From NCBI GenBank assembly GCA_963845515.1, contig CAWJSR010000023.1, positions 64,001-128,000 of the forward strand: a DNA stretch of 64,000 nucleotides. The letters run 5' to 3'. Shown in pieces: positions 19,967-29,535 of the stretch (position 1 is its first letter; each line of letters starts with the position of its first letter). The translations under genes and the position numbers were made by a program. The stretch comes from an uncultured delta proteobacterium. Lineage in GTDB: Bacteria; Myxococcota; Myxococcia; Myxococcales; Anaeromyxobacteraceae. The notes under the pieces were generated by a model, which was given only the letters and a program-made list of their open reading frames with translations, was not told where the DNA came from and did not search any database.

Positions 19967-20534
19967 TTATCGCTTCCGTCCCGCGTCGATGAGCCCTCTC
20001 CCCCACCGGGGAGAGCCCGCCCTTTCCGGAGACCCCCTCTCCCCCACCGGTGGAGAGCCCGCCCTTTCCGGAGACCCCCTCTCCCCCACCGGGGGAGAGG
20101 GCAGGGTGAGGGGGCGGTCCGGAGGGGTTGGTGATCATCCCGACGTTGGTGATCCCCGCGCGCTGGACGGTCGCCATCACGTCCACGACGAAGCCGTACG
20201 GGAGTCCCCGGTCGGCCATCAGGAAGAGCGTCCGGTCCTTCTCGGCGCGCGCGTTGGCGCGGAGCCGCTCCTCCAGCGCCGCGTACGGGACGCGCGCCGG
20301 GTCGCCGGTGGTGCCGAGCCAGAGCGACCTGTCCGCCTTGACGGAGAGGACCAGCTTCTGCTCCTCGGCGTCGATCGCCCGCGCGCGCGCCTCCGGCAGG
20401 TTCACCTCCACGCCCTGCTGGATGAGCGGGGCGGTCACCATGAAGATGATGAGGAGGACGAGCATCACGTCGACCAGCGGCGTGACGTTGATCTCGGTCA
20501 GCGTCTGGCGCCCCATGCCTCCACCGAAGGCCAC
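19963..20534 (-). CDS. tolR: TolR/ExbD with repeat-derived C-terminal tail; 1-bp deletion near 20010
   Basis: EINVTPLVDVMLVLLIIFMVTAP, ADRGLPYGFVVDVM; restoring one base gives ...STRDGSDK* with TGA overlapping the tolA GTG. Confidence 0.88.
19994..20114. repeat. Three tandem REP-like palindromes (42-bp unit)
   Basis: CCCTCTCCCCCACCGG(T/G)GGAGAG hairpin three times with spacer CCCGCCCTTTCCGGAGACC, ending GGCAGGGTGAGGGG. Confidence 0.9.
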
Positions 20535-20536
20535 GG

Positions 20537-21295
20537 CTACCCCCGCGACGGGCCGAAGAAGTGGCGCCGGACGATGTTCAGGAAGTCGTTGGAGAAGTTG
20601 GTCATCTCGCTGTCGAGCACCCGGATCTTCGAGATGAAGTAGTTGTAGGCCACGACGGCGGGGATGGCCGCGAAGAGGCCGACCGCGGTGGCGATGAGGG
20701 CCTCGCTGATCGGGCGCGCCACGGTGGCGAGGTTGGCGTTCCCCATTTTGTAGATGTCGTGGAAGGCGTTCATGATCCCCCAGACGGTGCCGAAGAGGCC
20801 GACGAAGGGGGCAGCGCTCGCGGTCGTGCCGAGGAAGGGGACCTGCGCCTCGAGCGCGGTCACCTCCGCGGAGCAGGCGCGCTTGAGGGCCCGCTCGACG
20901 TTCTCGATGCCCCCCAGCTCGGTGCTCATCCCCTCCGGCTCGCCGTCCTTGCGCGGGGCGGTCACCTTCGACAGCTCCACGTAGGCGGTGCGGAAGACGG
21001 CGCTGATCGGCGAGGCCGAGAGGTTCTCGGCCGCCTGGTAGATGGCGTCGAGCCGCTTGGACTGCCAGAAGATCTCCAGGAACCGGAGCGACTGGCGCTG
21101 CGCCTTCCGGATCTGGAGCCACTTCTTGAGGATGATCGCCCAGGAGAAGACGGAGGCCGCGAGGAGGAGCAGGAGCACGGCGGTCACGACCGGCCCCGAG
21201 TGGGTGATGATCTCGAGGTAGTCGATCCCTTCCGCCGCCTGCGGGGCGGCGGCCTGGGCGAGGGCGACGGGGAGTGCGGTGTCGGCTGGGTTCAT
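20537..21295 (-). CDS. tolQ: TolQ/ExbB proton channel
   Basis: ASAAPFVGLFGTVWGIMNAF, ISEALIATAVGLFAAIPAV. Confidence 0.95.
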   Translation of the reverse strand: MNPADTALPVALAQAAAPQAAEGIDYLEIITHSGPVVTAVLLLLLAASVFSWAIILKKWLQIRKAQRQSLRFLEIFWQSKRLDAIYQAAENLSASPISAVFRTAYVELSKVTAPRKDGEPEGMSTELGGIENVERALKRACSAEVTALEAQVPFLGTTASAAPFVGLFGTVWGIMNAFHDIYKMGNANLATVARPISEALIATAVGLFAAIPAVVAYNYFISKIRVLDSEMTNFSNDFLNIVRRHFFGPSRG

Positions 21296-21474
21296 GGGTG
21301 GGTCAAGTCTCCGGAAGTCACGGGCTTTCTAGCACGGAGCCGGGTGGGGGTTGCCCCCATCCCGCCGGCCGGTGAGGTGACTCCGGTCACCAGGGTGTGA
21401 AGGCGCACCACGACCGTGCGGAACCCGCTACTGGCTAAACGCCGCGCCCACCGAAAACGGTCAGAATATTCGTG

Positions 21475-21490
21475 TGGCATGCACGTTGCG
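21475..21490 (+). promoter_or_regulatory. sigma54 (-24/-12) promoter
   Basis: TGGCATG-CACG-TTGCG, about 75 bp upstream of lipoprotein ATG 21564. Confidence 0.7.
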
Positions 21491-21563
21491 TAAGCGTCAA
21501 GCTGAGTCCACAAACGTCGCTGCCTGCCCCGAACGGCGGTGCGGCAACCACCAAGGAGCCGCC

Positions 21564-22280
21564 ATGAAGCGCATCGCCCTCTTGCTCGCAGCCGTCGGTC
21601 TCGGCTCGGGCTGCGTAGTCGACACCTGCGACAACCAGACGCTCACCGTGGACTGGGCCTTCGTCGCGGCAGACGGCACGTACTACGCCGACTGCACCGA
21701 AGCCGGCGTGGACTGGGTCGACGTCTGGGTCGACAACCTCGCCTACCGCGCGGACTGCTTCGATGGCGGGGTCACCCTCTTCGACGTCCCGTCGGGCGTG
21801 CACGACGTCGTGGTCGAGGGGATCTATGGCGGCCTCATCAGCGGTGGCGGCCTCATAGTCAACCGCGACTGGCAGACCAACATGGGCATCGCGAGCTGCG
21901 GCGACACCTACTTCCCTGCCGCCCCCGGCGAGGGCGACCTCGTGATCGATTACGCCTTCTCCCCCGCCGGCTGCGGCGCCAGCACGTACATGTGGTACTC
22001 GCTCGCCGACGAGTTCTTGAACGCGACGGCCCACGACACGGTCACGGGCGCGGCGACGCTGGTCAGCTCGGGGACGAGCTTGCCCTGCACCACCTCGACC
22101 ATCGCCTTCACCCTTCCGTACGGCCAGTACACGCTCGACTGGATTCAGGAGGTCACGGCCGACGGGACCGTCCAGGCCCAGAGCTGCGGCCCGGTGTCCG
22201 CGTACGTTCCGAACCCGACACTCGGGACGACGGTCCACCTTCCCGTGACGCTCGCGGTCGACCCACTTACTTGCCCTTGA
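21564..22280 (+). CDS. Cys-rich lipoprotein, unknown function
   Basis: AAGGAG RBS; MKRIALLLAAVGLGSGC lipobox; multiple Cys, beta-rich. Confidence 0.8.
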   Translation: MKRIALLLAAVGLGSGCVVDTCDNQTLTVDWAFVAADGTYYADCTEAGVDWVDVWVDNLAYRADCFDGGVTLFDVPSGVHDVVVEGIYGGLISGGGLIVNRDWQTNMGIASCGDTYFPAAPGEGDLVIDYAFSPAGCGASTYMWYSLADEFLNATAHDTVTGAATLVSSGTSLPCTTSTIAFTLPYGQYTLDWIQEVTADGTVQAQSCGPVSAYVPNPTLGTTVHLPVTLAVDPLTCP

Positions 22281-22308
22281 CCTGAGGGATGGGGGACGAT
22301 TCGGCGCC

Positions 22309-23101
22309 ATGCGGTTCACCGCGCTGCGCCGACTCGTCCTCCCCCTCGCCGTAGCGCTCGGGTCGGGCTGCATCCCCCAGAACACCGACACCGGCCGCGT
22401 CGACATCTACTGGGCCTTCTGGTCCCAGTCGCTCGACGACATCGGCGCCTTCACCGACCCGGCGACCTCCATCTGCACGAGGGCGGCGGTCGACGACGTC
22501 CGGATCAGGCTCACCACGCCCGGCGACGTAGTCCTCCCGCCCTCCGACCAGCCCCTGCATCAACCCCGACGACGTTCCGGCAGCCGCGTTCGACGCCCTC
22601 GAGGCTGGAACGTGGAAGTACGAGCTCGCGGCGCGGCGCGGCGGCGTGACGGTGTTCGAGAAGAGCGGCACGTTCGAGGCCGTGGACGGGAAGCGGGCGG
22701 TCGTGGAGGCGAGGGCGACGCCGCCTTCCGGCAACTGGGACGTCATCGCCAGCTTCGCAACGCCCGTCACCCCCTCCTGCGCCGCCGGCGACCGGCTCGA
22801 CTTCGAGCTCATCTCGACGAGCGGCGACCGCGTGACGGCCTTCTCCACGCACGATCCGCTGGTCAACCCGCCGGTTGGCATCCCGTGCGGCCCCGGATCG
22901 TTCACCATTCCGTCGGTGCCCCCCGGCCCCTACGAGTTCTCGGACTGGGTCCACGTGGACGCGTCCGGCGCCACGGAGTACGCGTACTCCACCTGTCGGG
23001 CGGCGTGGCTGCAGGGGAGCATCGGCAGCTCGACGATCACCGTGGCCGAGGTGACGGCCGCGGCGCCTTCGCCGGAGGGGAACCCGGGGGTCTGCCCGTA
23101 G
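22309..23101 (+). CDS. Cys-rich lipoprotein, paralog-like of the upstream gene; +1 frameshift near 22555
   Basis: LGSGC lipobox; removing one C in CCCC joins DQPCINPDD... to ORF 22646..23101. Confidence 0.72.
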
Positions 23102-23147
23102 ACCCCCTCTGGCGCCCCGGACGCGGGCGCGTATGATGCGCGCGCTC

Positions 23148-23927
23148 ATGGCCCGCATCGGCATCTTCGACTCCGGCGTCGGCGGCCTCACGGTGCAGCG
23201 CGCGATCCTGGACGCGCTCCCCGGCGCCGACACCCTCTACCTGGGCGACACCGCCCGCGTCCCGTACGGCACCAAGTCGGCCGAGACGGTGACGCAGTAC
23301 TCGCTGCGCAACGCGCGCTTCCTGGCCTCGCAGGGGATCGACCTGCTGGTGGTCGCGTGCAACACCGCCTCGGCGGTCGCGCTCCCCGCCGTCCGCGAGG
23401 AGCTGAAGATCCCGGTGCTCGGCGTCGTCGAGCCGGGCGCGCGCGCCGCGGCGCGGGTCTCGCACACCGGCCGGATCGGCGTCATCGGGACGCAGGGGAC
23501 CATCCTGAGCGGCGCCTACCAGGAGGCCATCCGACGGCTCAGGCCGAACGCCGAGGTGATCGCGGTGGCCTGCCCCCTCTTCGTCCCGCTGGCGGAGGAG
23601 GGGTGGACCGACCCGGACGACGAGATCGTCCGCGGGATCGTCGGGCGCTACCTCGCGCCGCTGGCCGGCGCCGGGATCGACGCGCTCGTGCTGGGCTGCA
23701 CCCACTACCCGCTGCTCAAGGCCGCCATCGCGCAGGAGCTGCCTGGCATCGCGCTCGTCGACAGCGCCGAGGCGATCGTCCAGGAGGTGCGCGAGAGCCT
23801 GGGGCCCGTCCCCGGGGGCGGGGGGATGCACCGCTTCTTCGTGACCGACCTCCCCGAGCGCTTCACGCCCATCGCGGGGCGGTTCCTCGGCCGGCCGGTG
23901 GAGCTGGCCGAGCACGTGGACGTGTAG
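23148..23927 (+). CDS. murI: Glutamate racemase
   Basis: IGIFDSGVGGLTV, DTARVPYG, VACNTAS, LGCTHYP. Confidence 0.97.
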   Translation: MARIGIFDSGVGGLTVQRAILDALPGADTLYLGDTARVPYGTKSAETVTQYSLRNARFLASQGIDLLVVACNTASAVALPAVREELKIPVLGVVEPGARAAARVSHTGRIGVIGTQGTILSGAYQEAIRRLRPNAEVIAVACPLFVPLAEEGWTDPDDEIVRGIVGRYLAPLAGAGIDALVLGCTHYPLLKAAIAQELPGIALVDSAEAIVQEVRESLGPVPGGGGMHRFFVTDLPERFTPIAGRFLGRPVELAEHVDV

Positions 23928-24026
23928 GCGCGAGGAGCTTTGGCACCGGCGCGCCCCGCGGCAGCGGACGGCGTTTCGACTGGACCGGTTTCTGGAGTAG
24001 ACTGCCGCTCTGCGAGGTCAAACGGC

Positions 24027-24563
24027 GTGGCAAAGCTCGTAACCGGCTTCAACCACAACATAAAGCACAAGGGGAAGCAGTATCACATCCAGACCGAGGA
24101 CTCGGGCCTGGAGAATCCCCACATCATCACCCACCTGTTCGTGGGCGGTAACATCCTCGCGAGCAAGAAGACCTCCTACGCGGACATCGTAGGCGCCGAG
24201 AACCTCCAGCAGGTCGTCCGCGAGCTGATGGAGGAGCAGCACAAGGAGATGCTGCGCAACCTCGTCAACGGCGTCTACGACGACATCGACGAGAGCTACG
24301 CCCAGCAGGCTGGCCACTACGCGCCCGGGCAGATCGACACCGGCGGCAAGATGGTCCAGATGCACGCCGGCCAGACCATCCAGGCGCCGACCCCGCTGTC
24401 GAAGTCGCTCCCCCCGGAGGTGCTCGCCGCGCGGCAGTCGCCGGCGCCGGAGCTCCGCAACGACGGGGCCGAGACGCTCTTCGGCGAGGATCTCATCAGC
24501 GAGAAGAGCCTCGACGAGGTGATCCTCTCGTACCTCGCCGAGGACCTGGGCGAGCGCAAGTAG
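24027..24563 (+). CDS. Conserved-looking hypothetical cytoplasmic protein
   Basis: GFNHNIKHKGKQYHIQTEDSGLENPHIITHLFVGGNILASKKTSY...EKSLDEVILSYL; strong coding bias. Confidence 0.8.
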   Translation: MAKLVTGFNHNIKHKGKQYHIQTEDSGLENPHIITHLFVGGNILASKKTSYADIVGAENLQQVVRELMEEQHKEMLRNLVNGVYDDIDESYAQQAGHYAPGQIDTGGKMVQMHAGQTIQAPTPLSKSLPPEVLAARQSPAPELRNDGAETLFGEDLISEKSLDEVILSYLAEDLGERK

Positions 24564-24578
24564 ATCCGGCCTGACCGG

Positions 24579-25262
24579 ATGATCCAGCTCTTCCACGTCC
24601 ACAAGGAGTACCCGGGCGACGGCCCGGCGCTCTCGGACGTGACGCTCGAGATAGACAAGGGCGAGTTCGTCTTCCTCACCGGCCCGTCCGGCGCCGGCAA
24701 GTCCACGCTCCTGAAGATCGTCTTCTGCGCCGAGCCCGCGACGAGCGGGCAGGTGCTCCTCTTCGGCAAGAACGTCGCGAAGGTCTCGGGGGCGGGGGTC
24801 AACGTCGTCCGGCGCAACATCGGCGTCGTCTTCCAGGACTTCAAGCTGCTGCCGTACCGGACTGTCGCCGAGAACGTGGCGCTCCCGCTGGAGGTGCTGG
24901 GGCTGCCGGAGCGGGAGGTCCGCAAGCGGGTCCGGCTCCTGCTGCGCTCGGTCGGGCTCGAGTACCGGTACGACAAGTTCCCGCCGTCGCTCTCCGGCGG
25001 GGAGCAGCAGCGCGTCGCGGTGGTCCGTGCGCTCGCCCACTCCCCCGCGCTCCTGCTCGCCGACGAGCCCACCGGCAACCTGGACGCCGAGCGGACGCTG
25101 GAGGTGATGGAGCTCCTCAACAACGCCAACGCGCGGGGCACGACCGTGATCGTGGCGACCCACGATCGCTCGATCCTCGCGCGCTACAAGAAGCGGGTGG
25201 TGACGCTCGACGGCGGCCGGGTGGTCTCCGACGGCCTGCGGGTCGTGTCACCCACCGCCTGA
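24579..25262 (+). CDS. ftsE: Cell division ABC ATPase FtsE
   Basis: GPSGAGKST, RRNIGVVFQDFKLL, LSGGEQQR, ADEPTGNLD; upstream of ftsX. Confidence 0.95.
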   Translation: MIQLFHVHKEYPGDGPALSDVTLEIDKGEFVFLTGPSGAGKSTLLKIVFCAEPATSGQVLLFGKNVAKVSGAGVNVVRRNIGVVFQDFKLLPYRTVAENVALPLEVLGLPEREVRKRVRLLLRSVGLEYRYDKFPPSLSGGEQQRVAVVRALAHSPALLLADEPTGNLDAERTLEVMELLNNANARGTTVIVATHDRSILARYKKRVVTLDGGRVVSDGLRVVSPTA

Positions 25263-25271
25263 CGGATACAC

Positions 25272-26165
25272 ATGGCCCTCCGCCCGCTCTACTTCGTCCG
25301 GCGCGCGCTCGACGCCATGAGGCGCGGCCCCTACGTGGCGATCGTCGGGACCGCCACCATCTTCGTCGCGGTCTACTCGATCGGCCTCTTCGCTGCGACG
25401 CTCGGGGGCGCGCAGCGGCTCCTCGGCGTCTGGGCGGGCGAGGTGCGGATCGCGGTGTACCTCAAGCCGGGGGCCGACCTGGTGCTCGCGCGCGAGGAGG
25501 CGCTCCGGATCGCCGAGGGGCGCCGCGTCGACGCCGTCCCATCCTCTGCGGCGCTCGCGCGGCTCGCCGAGAGCCTCGGCGACCAGGCGCACGTGCTCGA
25601 GGGCGTCGGCCCCGACGCGCTCCCCGACGCGGTCGAGGTGGCGGCCCCGGGGATCTCGCTGGCGGGGGCGAAGGCGCTCGCCGAGCGGCTCCGCGCCGTG
25701 ACGGGGGCGGACGAGGTCGACTACGGCAACGCGTGGCTCGAGAAGCTGGAGCGGTTCGTCGAGCGGACGCGCTTCGCGTCCATCTTCATGCTCGCGGCCC
25801 TCTCGCTCGCCACCGCGGTGCTGGTGGCGAACACGCTCCGGCTGGCGGTCTTCGCGCGCCGCGAGGAGATCGAGATCATGAAGCTGGTCGGCGCCACCGA
25901 CGCGTTCGTCGGGGCGCCGTTCCTCATCGAGGGGCTCCTGCAGGGGCTCGTCGGCGGGGGGCTCGCGGCGGTGGCGCTCCTCGCGACGCACGCGGCGGCA
26001 GCGCCGAGGCTGCGGGCGGCGGTCGCGATCGCCGAGGTCATCACGCTGCGCGACACGCTGCCCTTGCCGCTCCTGGCCGCGCTGGTCGGCGGCGGCGCGG
26101 CCATCGGGCTGCTCGCCAGCACGCTCGCCGTCGTCCGCTACCTGAGGGCGGTGTCGGGGCCGTGA
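25272..26165 (+). CDS. ftsX: Cell division permease FtsX
   Basis: NTLRLAVFARREEIEIMKLVGATDAFVGAPFLIEG. Confidence 0.93.
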   Translation: MALRPLYFVRRALDAMRRGPYVAIVGTATIFVAVYSIGLFAATLGGAQRLLGVWAGEVRIAVYLKPGADLVLAREEALRIAEGRRVDAVPSSAALARLAESLGDQAHVLEGVGPDALPDAVEVAAPGISLAGAKALAERLRAVTGADEVDYGNAWLEKLERFVERTRFASIFMLAALSLATAVLVANTLRLAVFARREEIEIMKLVGATDAFVGAPFLIEGLLQGLVGGGLAAVALLATHAAAAPRLRAAVAIAEVITLRDTLPLPLLAALVGGGAAIGLLASTLAVVRYLRAVSGP

Positions 26166-27262
26166 CGCCGCTGCTGCTCGCCCTGGCGCTCACCGCCGAC
26201 CCGCGCCTCCAGCTCGAGCTGATGGAGGCGCGGCGCGCGGCCGAGGCGGCGGCGGCGAGGCTCCTCGCCGCGCAGGAGCGCTCCGTCCTCGACACGCTCG
26301 GTGACGCGGAGCGGGCCCTCGAGGACGCGCGCGCCGAGGTGAGGCGGACCGACGCGGACCGCGCCGCGGCGGAGGTGATCCTGCGGCGGGCGCTGGAGGA
26401 GGAGGGGCGCGCGAAGGGGCTCTACCGCGCGCGGCTCGACGACCTGCGACCGCGGCTGGAGGCGCGCCACCGGATGGGGCGGGCGGGCGAGCTGGCAGTC
26501 CTGCTGTCGGCGCCGACCCTGGCCGACCTCGTCAGCCGCAAGTACCTCTTCGACCGGATCCTCGGGCGGGACCTCGCGATCTTCGGCGAGGCCAGGGCGG
26601 CGCTGGAGTCGCAGCGGCGCGCCCGCGCCGAGGTGGAGGGGCAGACGAAGCAGATCGCGGCGCTGGCGGAGAGGGCGGCGGAGCAGCGGGCGAGCGCCGC
26701 GGCCCGGCGGGAGGAGCGCGAGACGCTGCTGGGCGCCCTCAGGACCGCGCGCAGGTTCCACGAGCGGGCGGCGGCCGAGGCGGCGGAGCAGACGAAGCGG
26801 CTCGCCGAGTTCGTCACGACGCTGCCGCCGAAGTCCGCCGGCGACCCGCTCAGGGGCGCCTTCGAGCGGCTGAAGGGGAGGCTGCGCCCGCCCGCGGCGG
26901 GGCACGTGACGGTCGGCTTCGGCCGCGTGGTGAACCCGAGGTTCAACACCGTGACCGTGCAGAACGGCATCGACATCCGCGCGCCCGCCGGCGCGCCGGT
27001 CCGCGCCGTCGCGCCGGGGCACGTGGTCCACGCTGGCTGGTTCAAGGGGTACGGGAACATCATCATCGTGGACCACGGCGACGGCTACCACACGCTCGTG
27101 GCGCACCTCGCGTCGATGCGGACGGCGATCGGCGAGTCGGTGAGCCCCGGCGACGTGATCGGCACCGTCGGCGACTCCGGCTCGCTCAAGGGGACGTACC
27201 TGTACTTCGAGATCCGCCAGAAGGGCCGGCCGGTGGATCCCAAGGGGTGGCTGGGCACGTGA
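26162..27262 (+). CDS. envC: EnvC-like murein hydrolase activator (coiled coil plus M23-like domain)
   Basis: Coiled coil, NGIDIRA, GYGNIIIVDHGDGY, LYFEIRQKGRPVDP; GTGA overlap with ftsX. Confidence 0.88.
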   Translation: MTPLLLALALTADPRLQLELMEARRAAEAAAARLLAAQERSVLDTLGDAERALEDARAEVRRTDADRAAAEVILRRALEEEGRAKGLYRARLDDLRPRLEARHRMGRAGELAVLLSAPTLADLVSRKYLFDRILGRDLAIFGEARAALESQRRARAEVEGQTKQIAALAERAAEQRASAAARREERETLLGALRTARRFHERAAAEAAEQTKRLAEFVTTLPPKSAGDPLRGAFERLKGRLRPPAAGHVTVGFGRVVNPRFNTVTVQNGIDIRAPAGAPVRAVAPGHVVHAGWFKGYGNIIIVDHGDGYHTLVAHLASMRTAIGESVSPGDVIGTVGDSGSLKGTYLYFEIRQKGRPVDPKGWLGT

Positions 27263-28460
27263 AGGCTGCTCGTTCCGCTGGCGCGTCGGGTCGCGATCGA
27301 GGTGGAGAGCTGGGGACCGCGGCGCTCGTCGCGATCGCGGCGGCCCTCCTCGTCGCCGGCGCGGCCGTCCTGGCGCTGGCCAGCTCTCCCCTCCGGTTCG
27401 CGTTCGCTGCCCCGCTCCTCCTCACCGGGGCGCTCTGCGGTCTCGCGGTCGCCCGGCCTCCTCCCACCCGTGTGACGACCGATGCGCGTGGGATCGAAGT
27501 CGTCGGGATCGAGGGGCGGCGCCCGCGGCGGCTGGGGCTGGAGGAGATCCGCGGGATCCGCACGCTCAAACACCGGGGGGCAGCGTGACCGTCGTCCTCG
27601 AGCCGCGTGACGCCGCGAAGAGGCCGCTCGAGCTACCCGCCCTGCTCCTCGATGCGAACTTCTGGGGGTGGGCCCGCACGCTCCCGGACCTCGACGCGTT
27701 GGACGCCGCCCGGGTCGAGGCCGGGCTCCTGGCGTCACCGGCGCTCGGCGCGACCCCGGCCGCGCGGAGGGCGGCCCTCGGGCGCGCTCGCTCGGTCGCC
27801 CGGGGGCTCGGGTGGAGCTCCATCGTCGCCGGCGGCTGGGCCCTCGCCGAGCCGTCGTCGCCATGGGCCGTCGCGGCGGCGTTCCTCTTTCCGGCGACGG
27901 CGCTGGTCGTCGCCCTGCTGGGCGGCGGCGCCTTCCAGCACTTTCGGGCGCGCAACGATCCGCGCCCGACGCTCTGGATGGCGCTCATCGTCCCCGTGGG
28001 CATGGCCTCGATCCGGGTGTTCGAGTACCAGCTGGTGATGCCCGGCGCGCTCCTGCCGCCGGCGCTGGCCGGCGGCGCGGCGCTGGCGGCGCTGGCCGCC
28101 GCGGGAGACCGGTCCCTGCTCCGGCGCCCGTTGCAGCTGGCGGGACTCTTCGCGCTGATGACGGGGCTGTCGGCCTCCGGTCTGACGTTCGCGAACGGCG
28201 TGCGAGACGGCTCGGCGCTCGTCGAGTTCGAGGCGACGCTGCTGTCGAAGTACAGGACCCGTCGCACTCCCACGCTGGCGCTGGGGCCGTGGGAGCGGCG
28301 ACCGGGCCGCACGGTCGTGTTCGTGCCGCGCCCTCTCTACGACTCGGTCGAGCAGGGGACGCCCGTGCGCATCTGCCTGCGCGCGGGGCGACTCGGCCTC
28401 CCGTGGTTCTGGTTGAGCCCCGGAGTCGCCTGCCCGGACTCCCGGCCGCCCACCATGTGA
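27259..28460 (+). CDS. Multi-TM membrane hypothetical protein; probably one gene split by a frameshift in the G run near 27575 (ORFs 27247..27588 and 27585..28460)
   Basis: Two abutting hydrophobic ORFs; adding one G gives HRGGSVTVVLEPR. Confidence 0.55.
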
Positions 28461-28613
28461 CCCGACGCGGGCTTCGCGGCTCGCCGTCAGTACGACCTGC
28501 CGCCCTCCCCCTCGAGCTCGCCGCGGGTCTTCATCCGCGCATCGTACCGTGTCGAGCGGGGGAGGCGATCGGCCTCCCCCACCCCGGGATCACCTCGAGG
28601 GTTCAGGCGGCCG

Positions 28614-29132
28614 TCACCGCAGCGACTGCCTGCGCCGACGCGTCGGCGCGGAGAAGTCGACGGACGGCTCCGCGACGACCGGGCCTGGTCCGGCCTTCGG
28701 CCCGTGGGTGCCCCGCAGCTCCCTCAGGAAGGCCACCGGATCGACGACCTGCGCCCCGCGGTAGTGCTTGAGCGCGAGGAGGTGCGCGTCCTTGCTGACC
28801 AGGTGCGACGCGCCGCCGACCCAGGCCGTCCAGACGTAGGGATTGTCCTTCGGATCCGACGTGAACGGCGGCCCCTCGGTCTCCTCCACCACGTCGGCAC
28901 AGGCGGTCTCGACCAGCTCCAGCCACTCGACGGGATCGAAGCCGGGCCTGAATCGCCCCGAGACCCCCGGCCGGCCGCACACGTCGAGCACCTCGGCGCG
29001 GACGTAGGCGGAGGTGACGAGGCGGAGCCGGCCGGACAGCGCCGCCTCGACGATGGCGCGAGGCGCGCCCTTCGGGTTGAGCGCCGCGCTCACCCAGACC
29101 TGCGCGTCGAGCACCGCGCGAAGCGCGGTCAC
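28614..29132 (-). CDS. PIN-domain toxin
   Basis: RAVLDAQVWVSAAL, RAEVLDV, DPKDNPY, HLVSKDAHLL; GTGA-type adjacency to the antitoxin. Confidence 0.85.
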   Translation of the reverse strand: MTALRAVLDAQVWVSAALNPKGAPRAIVEAALSGRLRLVTSAYVRAEVLDVCGRPGVSGRFRPGFDPVEWLELVETACADVVEETEGPPFTSDPKDNPYVWTAWVGGASHLVSKDAHLLALKHYRGAQVVDPVAFLRELRGTHGPKAGPGPVVAEPSVDFSAPTRRRRQSLR

Positions 29133-29431
29133 TTACGGCCCTTGCGGCCTCGCTCGGCCCGGACCGCACCAGCAGCCCGCTCGATGGCCTTTTCGGTCTC
29201 GCCGGCGTCGAGCCCCGCCGCATCCTGGAGCGACATCAGCTCTCGGGCGCGCCGCCGCGCGAACTCCTCGACGCGGCGCATCCGCTCCGCGGGCACCAGC
29301 GCCGCCACCTCCTTGCCCTTGCGCTCGATGACGTAGGCGGCCGATCGCAGCCGCACGCGGTCGAGCAGCTCTCCGAGGTGGGCGCGCAGGTCCATGGTGC
29401 TGATGCGGGTCGCATCGTGCCGGGTCGCCAT
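29129..29431 (-). CDS. Phd/YefM-family antitoxin
   Basis: ISTMDLRAHLGELLDRV...YVIERKGKEVAALVP. Confidence 0.87.
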   Translation of the reverse strand: MATRHDATRISTMDLRAHLGELLDRVRLRSAAYVIERKGKEVAALVPAERMRRVEEFARRRARELMSLQDAAGLDAGETEKAIERAAGAVRAERGRKGRK

Positions 29432-29535
29432 GCGAGGGACTATAGCAACTCTCATAGTGGCCGCGCACCCGGCCGGCGTGGCCGGTGCCGCGCTCGCCCG
29501 GACCTGGGCGGTGCCGGGCGAGGCGCGGTCACCTG

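Noticed and set aside
19994..20114. CRISPR array
   Set aside because: Spacers are identical, there are only three units, they lie inside a CDS, and no cas genes are present.
27580..27600. Selenocysteine or readthrough at TGA 27586
   Set aside because: The in-frame continuation is not protein-like; a homopolymer frameshift explains the split better.
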